NCBI RefSeq assembly: GCF_963921235.1
Contig: NC_086107.1
Coordinates: forward strand, 113,214,001 to 113,278,000
From: Mobula hypostoma
Taxonomy: Eukaryota
Direction: 5' to 3'
Length of the DNA stretch: 64,000 nt
In this document: positions 63,471 to 64,000 of the stretch, in pieces
How the letters are laid out: each line of letters opens with the position of its first letter
Position numbering within the stretch: position 1 is the first letter of the stretch
The notes under the pieces: model-generated
Database searches by the model: none
What the model was told of the DNA's origin: nothing
The model's input: the letters and a program-made list of their open reading frames with translations, nothing else
Translations under genes and position numbers: made by a program

Positions 63471-64000
63471 ATAGATCCCACAAAAAAACAAGGTAATATG
63501 GTTTCATAATCTGTTACAGTGGTTTTGCAATAAGGACTGGACAGGATGTCAGATCAAAATTTCCTCCACTAACTCTGAGCTTTCTATAATGTCCTGAACA
63601 TCAGGGGAAGTGAAGACTTCAGTTTAGGGTCTCAGTGGAAGTCTACTTGGAGAATGAAACGGTGGATCTTGTTTGCTTCCCACCAGGCTAGGAAGTTCAG
63701 AATCAGAGTTAAGTTTATCATCTCTGCCATACGTCAAGAAATTTATGACAGCAGTACAGAACAATACATAAAAATTATTACAAATTACAACAACAATAGA
63801 TTCATAGTGAGGTGGTGTTTATGGGATAATGAACTGTCCAGAAATCTGATGACGCAGGGGAAGAATCCGTCCCTAAAATGTTGAGTGTGTATCTCCAGGT
63901 AGTAATGAGAAGAGGGCACGTCCTGGGTGGTGGGGTCCTTCATGATGAATGCTGCCTTTTTGAGGCATCGCGTCCTGGATGCTGGGGAGCCCCATGGTGG

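Overview
Repeat-dense vertebrate genomic DNA. The repeat complement (CR1 LINEs with TTTCTATG tails, Rex1/Babar-type and RTE LINEs, Penelope-like elements, V-/CORE-type tRNA SINEs) suggests a cartilaginous fish, but that is an inference. The one host gene I can fully reconstruct is SLX1 (GIY-YIG structure-specific endonuclease subunit) on the minus strand: six coding exons between 41470 and 33887, all GT-AG with consistent phases, 270 aa. It is probably driven by a CpG-rich CCAAT/ETS bidirectional promoter at about 49.8-50.05 kb, which also appears to start an unidentified plus-strand gene. SLX1 introns carry a ~7 kb G-rich satellite, several minisatellites, decayed tandem copies of the SLX1 start-exon acceptor and a Penelope insertion with an intact sense-strand minimal hammerhead ribozyme motif. 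The same hammerhead motif recurs in tiny TSD-flanked fold-back Penelope derivatives, one a perfect 101-bp-arm palindrome. Also present: a young 2.4-kb CR1 with a single frameshift, a solo LTR, a deleted Chapaev3-like DNA transposon, MITEs, a templated duplication/inversion that copies a candidate exon, and several orphan regulatory motif clusters. I found no convincing wholly new multi-gene system. The best leads are the ribozyme-bearing mini-elements and the SLX1 locus architecture.
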